From: Eledone cirrhosa
Taxonomy: Eukaryota
Length of the DNA: 64,000 bases
Assembly (NCBI GenBank): GCA_964016885.1
Contig: OZ024741.1
Span: 284,146,001 to 284,210,000 of the forward strand
Direction: 5' to 3'
The notes beneath the pieces are model-generated. The model was given only the letters and a program-made list of their open reading frames with translations. It was not told the origin of the DNA and did not search any database. The position numbers and the translations under genes were made by a program. Below, one piece after another: positions 35,126-53,417 of this stretch. The stretch's first letter is position 1. The number at the start of each line of letters is the position of its first letter.

Positions 35126-35175
35126 TCCACACATCCATACAAGGAAGGATATCATTCATACAGAGATAGTGCTCT

Positions 35176-35206
<31 letters not shown>

Positions 35207-37670
35207 TACATACAAGGAAGGATATCATTCATACAGAGATAGTGCTCTTCTCTCTCTCACACACACATCCACACATACATACAAGGAAGGATATCATTCA
35301 TACAGAGATAATGCTCTTCTCTCACACACACACACACACACACATCCACACAAACATACAAGGAAGGATATCATTCATACAGAGATAGTGCTCTTCTCTC
35401 ACACACACACACACACATCCACACATACATACAAGGAAGGATATCATTCATACAGAGATAGTGCTCTTCTCTCACACACACACACACACACACATCCACA
35501 CATACATACAAGGAAGGATATCATTCATACAGAGATAGTGCTCTTCTCTCTCACACACACACACACATCCACACATACATACAAGGAAGGATATCATTCA
35601 TACAGAGATAGTGCTCTTCTCTCTCTCACACACACACACACATCCACACATACATACAAGGAAGGATATCATTCATACAGAGATAGTGCTCTTCTCTCTC
35701 ACACACACACACACAGATACATACAAGGAGGGATATCATTCATACAGAGATAGTGCTCTTCTCTCACACACACACACACACACACACACACATCCACACA
35801 TACATACAAGGAAGGATATCATTCATACAGAGATAGTGCTCTTCTCTCTCACACACACACACACATCCACACATACATACAAGGAAGGATATCATTCATA
35901 CAGAGATAGTGCCCTTCTCTCACACACACACACACATCCACACATACATACAAGGAAGGATATCATTCATACAGAGATAGTGCTCTTCTCTCACACACAC
36001 ACACACACACATCCACACAAACATACAAGGAAGGATATCATTCATACAGAGATAGTGCTCTTGTCTCACACACACACACACACATCCACATATACATACA
36101 AGGAAGGATATCATTCATACAGAGATAGTGCTCTTCTCTCACACACACACACATCCACATATACATACAAGGAAGGATATCATTCATACAGAGATAGTGC
36201 CCTTCTCTCACACACACACACACATCCACACATACATACAAGGAAGGATATCATTCATACAGAGATAGTGCTCTTCTCTCTCACACACACACACACATCC
36301 ACATATACATACAAGGAAGGATATCATTCATACAGAGATAGTGCTCTTCTCACACACACACACACACATCCACACATACATACAAGGAAGCATATCATTC
36401 ATACAGAGATAGTGCTCTTCTCTCACACACACACACACATCCACACATACATACAAGGAAGGATATCATTCATACAGAGATAGTGCTCTTCTCACACACA
36501 CACACACACATCCACACATACATACAAGGAAGGATATCATTCATACAGAGATAGTGCTCTTCTCACACACACACACACACATCCACACATACATACAAGG
36601 AAGGATATCATTCATACAGAGATAGTGCTCTTCTCACACACACACACACACATCCACACATACATACAAGGAAGGATATCATTCATACAGAGATAGTGCT
36701 CTTCTCACACACACACACACACATCCACACATACATACAAGGAAGGATATCATTCATACAGAGATAGTGCTCTTCTCTCACACACACACACACACACACA
36801 TCCACACATAATACAAGGAAGGATATCATTCATACAGAGATAGTGCTCTTCTCTCACACACACACACACACACACATCCACACATACATACAAGGAAGGA
36901 TATCATTCATACAGAGATAGTGCTCTTCTCTCACACACACACACACACACACATCCACACAAACATACAATGAAGGATATCATTCATACAGAGATAGTGC
37001 TCTTCTCTCTCACACACACACACACACACATCCACACATACATACAAGGAAGGATATCATTCATACAGAGATAGTGCTCTTCTCTCACACACACACACAC
37101 ACACACATCCACACATACATACAAGGAAGGATATCATTCATACAGAGATAGTGCTCTTCTCACACACACACACACACACATCCACACATACATACAAGGA
37201 AGGATATCATTCATACAGAGATAGTGCTCTTCTCTCTCACACACACACACACATCCACACATACATACAAGGAAGGATATCATTCATACAGAGATAGTGC
37301 TCTTCTCTCACACACACACACACATCCACACACATACATACAAGGAAGGATATCATTCATACAGAGATAGTGCTCTTCTCTCTCACACACACACATCCAC
37401 ACAGACATACAAGGAAGGATATCATTCATACAGAGATAGTGCTCTTCTCTCACACACACACACACACATCCACACATACATACAAGGAAGGATATCATTC
37501 ATACAGAGATAGTGCTCTTCTCTCACACACACACACACATCCACACATACATACAAGGAAGGATATCATTCATACAGAGATAGTGCTCTTCTCTCACACA
37601 CACACACACATCCACACATCCACACACATACATACAAGGAATCATATCATTCATACAGAGATCGTGCTCT

Positions 37671-37741
<71 letters not shown>

Positions 37742-37857
37742 TACAAGGAAGGATATCATTCACACAGAGATAATGCTCTTCTCTCTCACACACACACACA
37801 TACATACAAGGAAGGATATCATTCATACAGAGATAGTGCTCTTCTCTCTCACACATA

Positions 37858-37906
<49 letters not shown>

Positions 37907-38103
37907 CCACACATACATACAAGGAAGGATATCATTCATACAGAGATAGTGCTCTTCTCTCACACACACATACACACATCCACACATACATACAAGGAAG
38001 GATATCATTCATACAGAGATAGTGCTCTTCTCTCTCTCTCACACACACACACATACATACATACATACAAGGAAGGATATCATTCATACAGAGATAGTGC
38101 TCT

Positions 38104-38134
<31 letters not shown>

Positions 38135-38263
38135 TCCACACATACATACAAGGAAGGATATCATTCATACAGAGATAGTGTTCTTCTCTCACACACACAC
38201 ACACACACACACATCCACACATACATACAAGGAAGGATATCATTCATACAGTGATAGTGCTCT

Positions 38264-38295
<32 letters not shown>

Positions 38296-38423
38296 ATCCA
38301 CACATACATACAAGGAAGGATATCATTCATACAGAGATAGTGTTCTTCTCTCTCTCTCACACACACACACCCACACATACATACATGCAAGGAAGGATAT
38401 CATTCATACAGAGATAATGCTCT

Positions 38424-38464
<41 letters not shown>

Positions 38465-38664
38465 TACATACATACATACAAGGAAGGATATCATTCATAC
38501 AGAGATAGTGCTCTTCTCTCTCTCACACACAGACACACATCCACACATACATACAAGGAAGGATATCATTCATACAGAGATAGTGCTCTTCTCTCTCTCA
38601 CACACACACACACATCCACACATCCATACAAGGAAGGATATCATTCATACAGAGATAGTGCTCT

Positions 38665-38710
<46 letters not shown>

Positions 38711-39797
38711 CCACACATACATACAAGGAAGGATATCATTCATACAGAGATAGTGCTCTTCTCTCTCACACACACACATCCACACATACATACAAGGAAG
38801 GATATCATTCATACAGAGATAGTGCTCTTCTCTCTCTCACACACACACACACATCCACACATACATACAAGGAAGGATATCATTCATACAGAGATAGTGC
38901 TCTTCTCTCTCTCTCACACACACACACATCCACACATACATACAAGGAAGGATATCATTCATACAGAGATAGTGCTCTTCTCTCTCTCACATACACACAC
39001 ACATCCACACATCCATACAAGGAAGGATATCATTCATACAGAGATAGTGCTCTTCTCTCTCTCACACACACACACACATCCACACATACATACAAGGAAG
39101 GATATCATTCATACAGAGATAGTGATCTTCTCTCACACAAACACACACACATCCACACATACATACAAGGAAGGAGATCATTCATACAGAGATAGTGATC
39201 TTCTCTCTCACACACACACACACATCCACACATACATACATACATACAAGGAAGGATATCATTCATACAGAGATAGTGCTCTTCTCTCTCACACACACAC
39301 ACACATCCACACATACATACATACATACAAGGAAGGATATCATTCATACAGAGATAGTGCTCTTCTCTCTCACACACACACACATCCACCCATACATACA
39401 AGGAAGGATATCATTCATACAGAGATAGTGCTCTTCTCACACACACACACACATCCACACATACATACAAGGAAGGATATCATTCATACAGAGATAGTGC
39501 TCTTCTCTCACACACATACACACACATCCACACATCCATACAAGGAAGGATATCATTCATACAGAGATAGTGCTCTTCTCTCACACACACACACACACAT
39601 CCACACATACATACAAGGAAGGATATCATTCATACAGAGATAGTGCTCTTCTCTCTCTCTCACACACACATCCACACATACATACAAGGAAGGATATCAT
39701 TCATACAGAGATAGTGCTCTTCTCTCTCACACACACACACACACACATCCACACATACATACAAGGAAGGATATCATTCATACAGTGATAGTGCTCT

Positions 39798-39828
<31 letters not shown>

Positions 39829-40547
39829 TACATACAAGGAAGGATATCATTCATACAGAGATAGTGCTCTTCTCTCTCTCACACACACACACACATCCAC
39901 ACATACATACAAGGAAGGATATCATTCATACAGAGATAGTGCTCTTCTCTCACACACACACACATCCACACATACATACAAGGAAGGATATCATTCATAC
40001 AGAGATAGTGCTCTTCTCTCACACACACACATCCACACATACATACAAGGAAGGATATCATTCATACAGAGATAGTGCTCTTCTCTCACACACATACACA
40101 CACATCCACACATACATACAAGGAAGGATATCATTCATACAGAGATAGTGCTCTTCTCTCACACACACACACACACACACACACACATCCACACATACAT
40201 ACAAGGAAGGATATCATTCATACAGAGATAGTGCTCTTCTCTCACACACACACACACACACACACATCCACACAAACATACAAGGAAGGATATCATTCAT
40301 ACAGATATAATGCTCTTCTCTCTCTCACACACACACACACACACATCCACACATACCTACAAGGAAGGATATCATTCATACAGAGATAGTGCTCTTCTCT
40401 CTCTCACACACACACACACACACATCCACACATACATACAAGGAAGGATATCATTCATACAGAGATAGTGCTCTTCTCACACACACACACACACACATCC
40501 ACACATACGTACAAGGAATGATATCATTCATACAGAGATAGTGCTCT

Positions 40548-40579
<32 letters not shown>

Positions 40580-41299
40580 ATACATACAAGGAAGGATATC
40601 ATTCATACAGTGATAGTGCTCTTCTCTCTCTCTCACACACACACACACATCCACACATCCATACAAGGAAGGATATCATTCATACAGAGATAGTGCTCTT
40701 CTCTCTCTCACACACACACACACATCCACACATACATACAAGGAAGGATATCATTCATACAGAGATAGTGATCTTCTTTCACACACACACACACATCCAC
40801 ACATACATACAAGGAAGGATATCATTCATACAGAGATAGTGATCTTCTCTCACACACACACACACACATCCACACATACATACATACATACAAGGAAGGA
40901 TATCATTCATACAGAGATAGTGCTCTTCTCTCTCACACACACACACACATCCACACATACATACATACAAGGAAGGATATCATTCATACAGAGATAGTGC
41001 TCTTCTCTCTCACACACACACACATCCACACAAACATACAAGGAAGGATATCATTCATACAGAGATAGTGCTCTTCTCTCACACACACACACACACATCC
41101 ACACATACATACAAGGAAGGATATCATTCATACAGAGATAGTGCTCTTCTCTCTCTCTCACACACACACACATCCACACATACATACAAGGAAGGATATC
41201 ATTCATACAGAGATAGTGCTCTTCTCTCTCACACACACACACACACACATCCACACATACATACAAGGAAGGATATCATTCATACAGTGATAGTGCTCT

Positions 41300-41330
<31 letters not shown>

Positions 41331-42104
41331 TACATACAAGGAAGGATATCATTCATACAGAGATAGTGCTCTTCTCTCTCTCACACACACACACACATCC
41401 ACACATACATACAAGGAAGGATATCATTCATACAGAGATAGTGCTCTTCTCTCACACACACACACATCCACACATACATACAAGGAAGGATATCATTCAT
41501 ACAGAGATAGTGCTCTTCTCTCACACACACACATCCACACATACATACAAGGAAGGATATCATTCATACAGAGATAGTGCTCTTCTCTCTCACACACACA
41601 CACATCCACACATACATACAAGGAAGGATATCATTCATACAGAGATAGTGCTCTTCTCTCTCACACACACACACATCCACACATACATACAAGGAATGAT
41701 ATCATTCATACAGAGATAGTGCTCTTCTCTCACACACATACACACACATCCACACATACATACAAGGAAGGATATCATTCATACAGAGATAGTGCTCTTC
41801 TCTCACACACATACACACACATCCACACATACATACAAGGAAGGATATCATTCATACAGAGATAGTGCTCTTCTCTCACACACACACACACACACACACA
41901 TCCACACATACATACAAGGAAGGATATCATTCATACAGAGATAGTGCTCTTCTCTCACACACACACACACACACACACATCCACACAAACATACAAGGAA
42001 GGATATCATTCATACAGATATAATGCTCTTCTCTCTCTCACACACACACACACATCCACACATATATACAAGGAAGGATATCATTCATACAGAGATAGTG
42101 CTCT

Positions 42105-42135
<31 letters not shown>

Positions 42136-42329
42136 TCCACACATACATACAAGGAAGGATATCATTCATACAGAGATAGTGCTCTTCTCACACACACACA
42201 CACACACATCCACACATACATACAAGGAAGGATATCATTCATACAGAGATAGTGCTCTTCTCTCTCACACACACACACATCCACACATACATACAAGGAA
42301 TGATATCATTCATACAGAGATAGTGCTCT

Positions 42330-42370
<41 letters not shown>

Positions 42371-42634
42371 TACAAGGAAGGATATCATTCATACAGTGAT
42401 AGTGCTCTTCTCTCTCACACACACACACACACACATCCACACATACATACAAGGAATGATATCATTCATACAGAGATAGTGCTCTTCTCTCACACACACA
42501 CACACACATCCACACATACATACAAGGAAGGATATCATTCATACAGAGATAGTGCTCTTCTCTCTCACACACACACACATCCACACATACATACAAGGAA
42601 TGATATCATTCATACAGAGATAGTGCTCTTCTGT

Positions 42635-42666
<32 letters not shown>

Positions 42667-44668
42667 TACAAGGAAGGATATCATTCATACAGTGATAGTG
42701 CTCTTCTCTCTCACACACACACACACATCCACACATACATACAAGGAAGGATATCATTCATACAGAGATAGTGCTCTTCTCTCTCACACACACACACATC
42801 CACACATACATACAAGGAAGGATATCATTCATACAGAGATAGTGCTCTTCTCTCTCTCACACACACACACACACATCCACACAAACATACAAGGAAGGAT
42901 ATCATTCATACAGAGATAGTGCTCTTCTCTCTCTCACACACACACACACACATCCACACATACATACAAGGAAGGATATCATTCATACAGAGATAGTGCT
43001 CTTCTCTCTCACACACACACACATACACACATACTTACAAGGAAGGATATCATTCATACAGAGATAGTGCTCTTCTCTCTCTCACACACACACACACACA
43101 TCCACACAAACATACAAGGAAGGATATCATTCATACAGAGATAGTGCTCTTCTCTCTCTCACACACACACACACGCATCCACACATACATACAAGGAAGG
43201 ATATCATTCATACAGAGATAGTGCTCTTCTCTCTCACACACACACACATCCACACCTACATACAAGGAAGGATATCATTCATACAGAGATAGTGCTCTTC
43301 TCTCTCTCTCACACACACACACACATCCACACACACATACAAGGAAGGATATCATTCATACAGAGATAGTGCTCTTCTCTCACACACACACACACACATC
43401 CACACATACATACAAGGAAGGATATCATTCATACAGAGATAGTGCTCTTCTCTCACACACACACACACACATCCACACATCCACACAAACATACAAGGAA
43501 GGATATCATTCATACAGAGATAGTGCTCTTCTCTCTCTCACACACACACACACACATCCACACATACATACAAGGAAGGATATCATTCATACAGAGATAG
43601 TGCTCTTCTCTCTCACACACACACACACATCCACACATACATACAAGGAAGGATATCATTCATACAGAGATAGTGCTCTTCTCTCTCACACACATCCACA
43701 CATCCACACAAACATACAAGGAAGGATATCATTCATACAGAGATAGTGCTCTTCTCTCACACACACACACACACACACACATCCACACAAACATACAAGG
43801 AAGGATATCATTCATACAGAGATAGTGCTCTTCTCTCTCTCACACACACACACACACATCCACACACACATACAAGGAAGGATATCATTCATACAGAGAT
43901 AGTGCTCTTCTCTCACACACACACACACACATCCACACATACATACAAGGAAGGATATCATTCATACAGAGATAGTGCTCTTCTCTCACACACACACACA
44001 CACACACACACACATCCACACATACATACAAGGAAGGATATCATTCATACAGAGATAGTGCTCTTCTCTCTCACACACACACACACATCCACACATACAT
44101 ACAAGGAAGGATATCATTCATACAGAGATAGTGCCCTTCTCTCACACACACACACACATCCACACACACATACAAGGAAGGATATCATTCATACAGAGAT
44201 AGTGCTCTTCTCTCACACACACACACACACACATCCACACAAACATACAAGGAAGGATATCATTCATACAGAGATAGTGCTCTTCTCTCACACACACACA
44301 CACACATCCACACATACATACAAGGAAGGATATCATTCATACAGAGATAGTGCTCTTCTCTCACACACACATACACACATCCACACATACATACAAGGAA
44401 GGATATCATTCATACAGAGATAGTGCTCTTCTCTCTCTCTCACACACACACACATACATACATACATACAAGGAAGGATATCATTCATACAGAGATAGTG
44501 CTCTTCTCTCACACACACACACACACACACACACACATCCACACATACATACAAGGAAGGATATCATTCATACAGAGATAGTGTTCTTCTCTCACACACA
44601 CACACACACACACACACATCCACACATACATACAAGGAAGGATATCATTCATACAGTGATAGTGCTCT

Positions 44669-44700
<32 letters not shown>

Positions 44701-44828
44701 ATCCACACATACATACAAGGAAGGATATCATTCATACAGAGATAGTGTTCTTCTCTCTCTCTCACACACACACACCCACACATACATACACGCAAGGAAG
44801 GATATCATTCATACAGAGATAATGCTCT

Positions 44829-44864
<36 letters not shown>

Positions 44865-45069
44865 ATACATACATACATACATACAAGGAAGGATATCATT
44901 CATACAGAGATAGTGCTCTTCTCTCTCTCACACACAGACACACATCCACACATACATACAAGGAAGGATATCATTCATACAGAGATAGTGCTCTTCTCTC
45001 TCTCACACACACGCACACATCCACACATCCATACAAGGAAGGATATCATTCATACAGAGATAGTGCTCT

Positions 45070-45115
<46 letters not shown>

Positions 45116-45241
45116 CCACACATACATACAAGGAAGGATATCATTCATACAGAGATAGTGTTCTTCTCTCTCTCTCACACACACACACCCACACATACAT
45201 ACACGCAAGGAAGGATATCATTCATACAGAGATAATGCTCT

Positions 45242-45277
<36 letters not shown>

Positions 45278-46449
45278 ATACATACATACATACATACAAG
45301 GAAGGATATCATTCATACAGAGATAGTGCTCTTCTCTCTCTCACACACAGACACACATCCACACATACATACAAGGAAGGATATCATTCATACAGAGATA
45401 GTGCTCTTCTCTCTCACACACACACATCCACACATACATACAAGGAAGGATATCATTCATACAGAGATAGTGCTCTTCTCTCTCTCACACACACACACAC
45501 ATCCACACATACATACAAGGAAGGATATCATTCATACAGAGATAGTGCTCTTCTCTCTCTCTCACACACACACACATCCACACATACATACAAGGAAGGA
45601 TATCATTCATACAGAGATAGTGCTCTTCTCTCTCTCACATACACACACACATCCACACATCCATACAAGGAAGGATATCATTCATACAGAGATAGTGCTC
45701 TTCTCTCTCTCACACACACACACACATCCACACATACATACAAGGAAGGATATCATTCATACAGAGATAGTGATCTTCTCTCACACACACACACACACAT
45801 CCACACATACATACAAGGAAGGATATCATTCATACAGAGATAGTGATCTTCTCTCTCACACACACACACACATCCACACATACATACATACATACAAGGA
45901 AGGATATCATTCATACAGAGATAGTGCTCTTCTCTCTCACACACACACACACATCCACACATACATACATACATACAAGGAAGGATATCATTCATACAGA
46001 GATAGTGCTCTTCTCTCTCACACACACACACATCCACACATACATACAAGGAAGGATATCATTCATACAGAGATAGTGCTCTTCTCACACACACACACAC
46101 ATCCACACATACATACAAGGAAGGATATCATTCATACAGAGATAGTGCTCTTCTCTCACACACATACACACACATCCACACATCCATACAAGGAAGGATA
46201 TCATTCATACAGAGATAGTGCTCTTCTCTCACACACACACACACACATCCACACATACATACAAGGAAGGATATCATTCATACAGAGATAGTGCTCTTCT
46301 CTCTCTCTCACACACACACACATCCACACATACATACAAGGAAGGATATCATTCATACAGAGATAGTGCTCTTCTCTCTCACACACACACACACACACAT
46401 CCACACATACATACAAGGAAGGATATCATTCATACAGTGATAGTGCTCT

Positions 46450-46488
<39 letters not shown>

Positions 46489-46978
46489 AGGAAGGATATC
46501 ATTCATACAGAGATAGTGCTCTTCTCTCTCTCACACACACACACACATCCACACATACATACAAGGAAGGATATCATTCATACAGAGATAGTGCTCTTCT
46601 CTCACACACACACACACACACACACATCCACACAAACATACAAGGAAGGATATCATTCATACAGATATAATGCTCTTCTCTCTCTCACACACACACACAC
46701 ACACATCCACACATACATACAAGGAAGGATATCATTCATACAGAGATAGTGCTCTTCTCTCTCTCACACACACACACACACACATCCACACATACATACA
46801 AGGAAGGATATCATTCATACAGAGATAGTGCTCTTCTCACACACACACACACACACATCCACACATACATACAAGGAAGGATATCATTCATACAGAGATA
46901 GTGCTCTTCTCTCTCACACACACACACATCCACACATACATACAAGGAATGATATCATTCATACAGAGATAGTGCTCT

Positions 46979-47010
<32 letters not shown>

Positions 47011-47736
47011 ATACATACAAGGAAGGATATCATTCATACAGTGATAGTGCTCTTCTCTCTCTCTCACACACACACACACATCCACACATCCATACAAGGA
47101 AGGATATCATTCATACAGAGATAGTGCTCTTCTCTCTCTCACACACACACACACATCCACACATACATACAAGGAAGGATATCATTCATACAGAGATAGT
47201 GATCTTCTCTCACACACACACACACACATCCACACATACATACAAGGAAGGATATCATTCATACAGAGATAGTGATCTTCTCTCTCACACACACACACAC
47301 ATCCACACATACATACATACATACAAGGAAGGATATCATTCATACAGAGATAGTGCTCTTCTCTCTCACACACACACACACATCCACACATACATACATA
47401 CATACAAGGAAGGATATCATTCATACAGAGATAGTGCTCTTCTCTCTCACACACACACACATCCACACATACATACAAGGAAGGATATCATTCATACAGA
47501 GATAGTGCTCTTCTCTCACACACACACACACACATCCACACTTACATACAAGGAAGGATATCATTCATACAGAGATAGTGCTCTTCTCTCTCTCTCACAC
47601 ACACACACATCCACACATACATACAAGGAAGGATATCATTCATACAGAGATAGTGCTCTTCTCTCTCACACACACACACACACACATCCACACATACATA
47701 CAAGGAAGGATATCATTCATACAGTGATAGTGCTCT

Positions 47737-47767
<31 letters not shown>

Positions 47768-48766
47768 TACATACAAGGAAGGATATCATTCATACAGAGA
47801 TAGTGCTCTTCTCTCTCTCACACACACACACACATCCACACATACATACAAGGAAGGATATCATTCATACAGAGATAGTGCTCTTCTCTCACACACACAC
47901 ACATCCACACATACATACAAGGAAGGATATCATTCATACAGAGATAGTGCTCTTCTCTCACACACACACATCCACACATACATACAAGGAAGGATATCAT
48001 TCATACAGAGATAGTGCTCTTCTCTCTCACACACACACACATCCACACATACATACAAGGAAGGATATCATTCATACAGAGATAGTGCTCTTCTCTCTCA
48101 CACACACACACATCCACACATACATACAAGGAATGATATCATTCATACAGAGATAGTGCTCTTCTCTCACACACATACACACACATCCACACATACATAC
48201 AAGGAAGGATATCATTCATACAGAGATAGTGCTCTTCTCTCACACACATACACACACATCCACACACACATACAAGGAAGGATATCATTCATACAGAGAT
48301 AGTGCTCTTCTCTCACACACACACACACACACACATCCACACATACATACAAGGAAGGATATCATTCATACAGAGATAGTGCTCTTCTCTCACACACACA
48401 CACACACACACACATCCACACAAACATACAAGGAAGGATATCATTCATACAGATATAATGCTCTTCTCTCTCTCACACACACACACACACACATCCACAC
48501 ATACATACAAGGAAGGATATCATTCATACAGAGATAGTGCTCTTCTCTCTCTCACACACACACACAGACACATCCACACATACATACAAGGAAGGATATC
48601 ATTCATACAGAGATAGTGCTCTTCTCACACACACACACACACACATCCACACATACATACAAGGAAGGATATCATTCATACAGAGATAGTGCTCTTCTCT
48701 CTCACACACACACACATCCACACATACATACAAGGAATGATATCATTCATACAGAGATAGTGCTCT

Positions 48767-48805
<39 letters not shown>

Positions 48806-49064
48806 TACAAGGAAGGATATCATTCATACAGTGATAGTGCTCTTCTCTCTCACACACACACACACACACATCCACACATACATACAAGGAATGATATCAT
48901 TCATACAGAGATAGTGCTCTTCTCTCTCACACACACACACACATCCACACATACATACAAGGAAGGATATCATTCATACAGAGATAGTGCTCTTCTCTCT
49001 CACACACACACACATCCACACATACATACAAGGAATGATATCATTCATACAGAGATAGTGCTCT

Positions 49065-49096
<32 letters not shown>

Positions 49097-49378
49097 ATAC
49101 ATACAAGGAAGGATATCATTCATACAGTGATAGTGCTCTTCTCTCTCACACACACACACACACACATCCACACATACATACAAGGAAGGATATCATTCAT
49201 ACAGAGATAGTGCTCTTCTCTCACACACACACACACACACACACACACATCCACACATACATACAAGGAAGGATATCATTCATACAGAGATAGTGCTCTT
49301 CTCTCTCCCACACACACACACACACACATCCACACATACATACAAGGAAGGGTATCATTCATACAGAGATAGTGCTCT

Positions 49379-49412
<34 letters not shown>

Positions 49413-50073
49413 ATACATACAAGGAAGGATATCATTCATACAGAGATAGTGCTCTTCTCTCACACACACACACACACACACACACACATCCACACATACA
49501 TACAAGGAAGGATATCATTCATACAGAGATAGTGCTCTTCTCTCTCTCACACACACACACACACACATCCACACATACATACAAGGAAGGATATCATTCA
49601 TACAGAGATAGTGCTCTTCTCTCACACACACACACACACATCCACACAAACATACAAGGAAGGATATCATTCATACAGATATAGTGCTCTTCTCTCTCTC
49701 ACACACACACACACATCCACACATACATACAAGGAAGGATATCATTCATACAGAGATAGTGCTCTTCTCTCTCTCACACACACACACATCCACACATACA
49801 TACAAGGAAGGATATCATTCATACAGAGATAGTGCTCTTCTCTCACACACACACACACACATCCACACAAACATACAATGAAGGATATCATTCATACAGA
49901 GATAGTGCTCTTCTCTCACACACACACACACACACACACACACATCCACACATACATACAAGGAAGGATATCATTCATACAGAGATAGTGCTCTTCTCTC
50001 TCCCACACACACACACACACACATCCACACATACATACAAGGAAGGGTATCATTCATACAGAGATAGTGCTCT

Positions 50074-50107
<34 letters not shown>

Positions 50108-50233
50108 ATACATACAAGGAAGGATATCATTCATACAGAGATAGTGCTCTTCTCTCACACACACACACACACACACACACACATCCACACATACATACAA
50201 GGAAGGATATCATTCATACAGAGATAGTGCTCT

Positions 50234-50264
<31 letters not shown>

Positions 50265-50839
50265 TCCACACATACATACAAGGAAGGATATCATTCATAC
50301 AGAGATAGTGCTCTTCTCTCACACACACACACACACATCCACACAAACATACAAGGAAGGATATCATTCATACAGATATAGTGCTCTTCTCTCTCTCACA
50401 CACACACACACACACATCCACACATACATACAAGGAAGGATATCATTCATACAGAGATAGTGCTCTTCTCTCTCTCACACACACACACATCCACACATAC
50501 ATACAAGGAAGGATATCATTCATACAGAGATAGTGCTCTTCTCTCACACACACACACACACATCCACACAAACATACAATGAAGGATATCATTCATACAG
50601 AGATAGTGCTCTTCTCTCTCACACACACACACACATCCACACATACATACAAGGAAGGATATCATTCATACAGAGATAGTGCTCTTCTCTCTCTCACACA
50701 CACACACACATCCACACATACATACAAGGAAGGATATCATTCATACAGATATAATGCTCTTCTCTCTCTCACACACACACACACACACATCCACACAAAC
50801 ATACAAGGAAGGATATCATTCATACAGAGATAGTGCTCT

Positions 50840-50886
<47 letters not shown>

Positions 50887-51075
50887 TACAAGGAAGGATA
50901 TCATTCATACAGAGATAGTGCTCTTCTCTCACACACACACACACACACACACATCCACACATACATACAAGGAAGGATATCATTCATACAGAGATAGTGC
51001 TCTTCTCACACACACACACACATCCACAAAAAACATACAATGAAGGATATCATTCATACAGAGATAGTGCTCTTA

Positions 51076-51120
<45 letters not shown>

Positions 51121-51511
51121 TACAAGGAAGGATATCATTCATACAGAGATAGTGCTCTTCTCTCACACACACACACATCCACACATACATACAAGGAAGG
51201 ATATCATTCATACAGAGATAGTGCTCTTCTCTCACACACACACACATCCACACATACATACAAGGAAGGATATCATTCATACAGAGATAGTGCTCTTCTC
51301 TCACACACACACACACACACACACACATACATACAAGGAAGGATATCATTCATACAGAGATAGTGCTCTTCTCTCACACACACACACATCCACACATACA
51401 TACAAGGAAGGATATCATTCATACAGAGATAGTGCTCTTCTCTCACACACACACACACACATCCACACATACATACAATGAAGGATATCATTCATACAGA
51501 GATAGTGCTCT

Positions 51512-51554
<43 letters not shown>

Positions 51555-52177
51555 TACAAGGAAGGTTATCATTCATACAGAGATAGTGCTATTCTCTCAC
51601 ACACACACACATCCACACAAACATACAAGGAAGGATATCATTCATACAGAGATAGTGCTCTTCTCTCACACACACACACACACATCCACACATACATACA
51701 AGGAAGGATATCATTCATACAGAGATAGTGCTCTTCTCTCACACACACACACACACACACATCCACACATACATGCAAGGAAGGATATCATTCATACAGA
51801 GACAGTGCTCTTCTCTCTCACACACATACACACACACATACAAGGAAGGATATCATTCATACAGAGATAGTGCTCTTCTCTCTCACACACATACACACAC
51901 ATCCACACATACATACAAGTAAGGATATCATTCATACAGAGATAGTGCTCTTCTCTCACACACACACACACACATCCACACATACATACAAGGAAGGATA
52001 TCATTCATACAGAGATAGTGCTCTTCTCTCTCACACACATACACACACATCCACACATACATACAAGGAAGGATATCATTCATACAGAGATAGTGCTCTT
52101 CTCTCTCACACACACACACACATCCACACATACATACAAGGAAGGATATCATTCATACAGAGATAGTGCTCTTCTCT

Positions 52178-52208
<31 letters not shown>

Positions 52209-52258
52209 ACATACATGCAAGGAAGGATATCATTCATACAGAGATAGTGCTCTTCTCT

Positions 52259-52289
<31 letters not shown>

Positions 52290-52339
52290 ACATACATGCA
52301 AGGAAGGATATCATTCATACAGAGATAGTGCTCTTCTGT

Positions 52340-52370
<31 letters not shown>

Positions 52371-52855
52371 ACATACATGCAAGTAAGGATATCATTCATA
52401 CAGTCATAGTGCTCTTCTCTCACACACACACGCACACATCCACACATACATGCAAGGAAGGATATCATTCATACAGAGATAGTGCTCTTCTCTCACACAC
52501 ACACACACACACACATCCACACATACATACAAGGAAGGATATCATTCATACAGAGATAGTGCTCTTCTCTCACACACACACACACACACACATCCACACA
52601 CACATATAAGGAAGGATATCATTCATACAGAGATAGTGCTCTTCTCTCTCACACACACACACACATCCACACATACATACAAGGAAGGATATCATTCATA
52701 CAGAGATAGTGCTCTTCTCTCTCTCACACACACACACATCCACACATACATACAAGGAAGGATATCATTCATACAGAGATAGTGCTCTTCTCTCTCACAC
52801 ACACACACACACATACATACAAGGAAGGATATCATTCATACAGAGATAGTGCTCT

Positions 52856-52886
<31 letters not shown>

Positions 52887-53384
52887 TCCACACATACATA
52901 TAAGGAAGGATATCATTCATACAGAGATAGTGCTCTTCTCTCTCACACACACACACACATCCACACATCCATACAAGGAAGGATATCATTCATACAGAGA
53001 TAGTGCTCTTCTCTCTCACACACACACACACCCACACATACATACAAGGAAGGATATCATTCACACAGTGATAGTGCTCTTCTCTCTCTCACACACACAC
53101 ACACATCCACACACACATACAAGGAAGGATATCATTCATACAGAGACAGTGCTCTTCTCTCTCACACACACATACACACACACCCACACATACATACAAG
53201 GAAGGATATCATTCATACAAAGATAGTGCTCTTCTCTCACACACACATCCACACATACATACACACAAACATACAAGGAAGGATATCATTCATACAGAGA
53301 CAGTGCTCTTCTCTCACACACACACACACACACATCCACACATACATACAAGGAAGGATATCATCCATACAGAGACAGTGCTCT

Positions 53385-53417
<33 letters not shown>

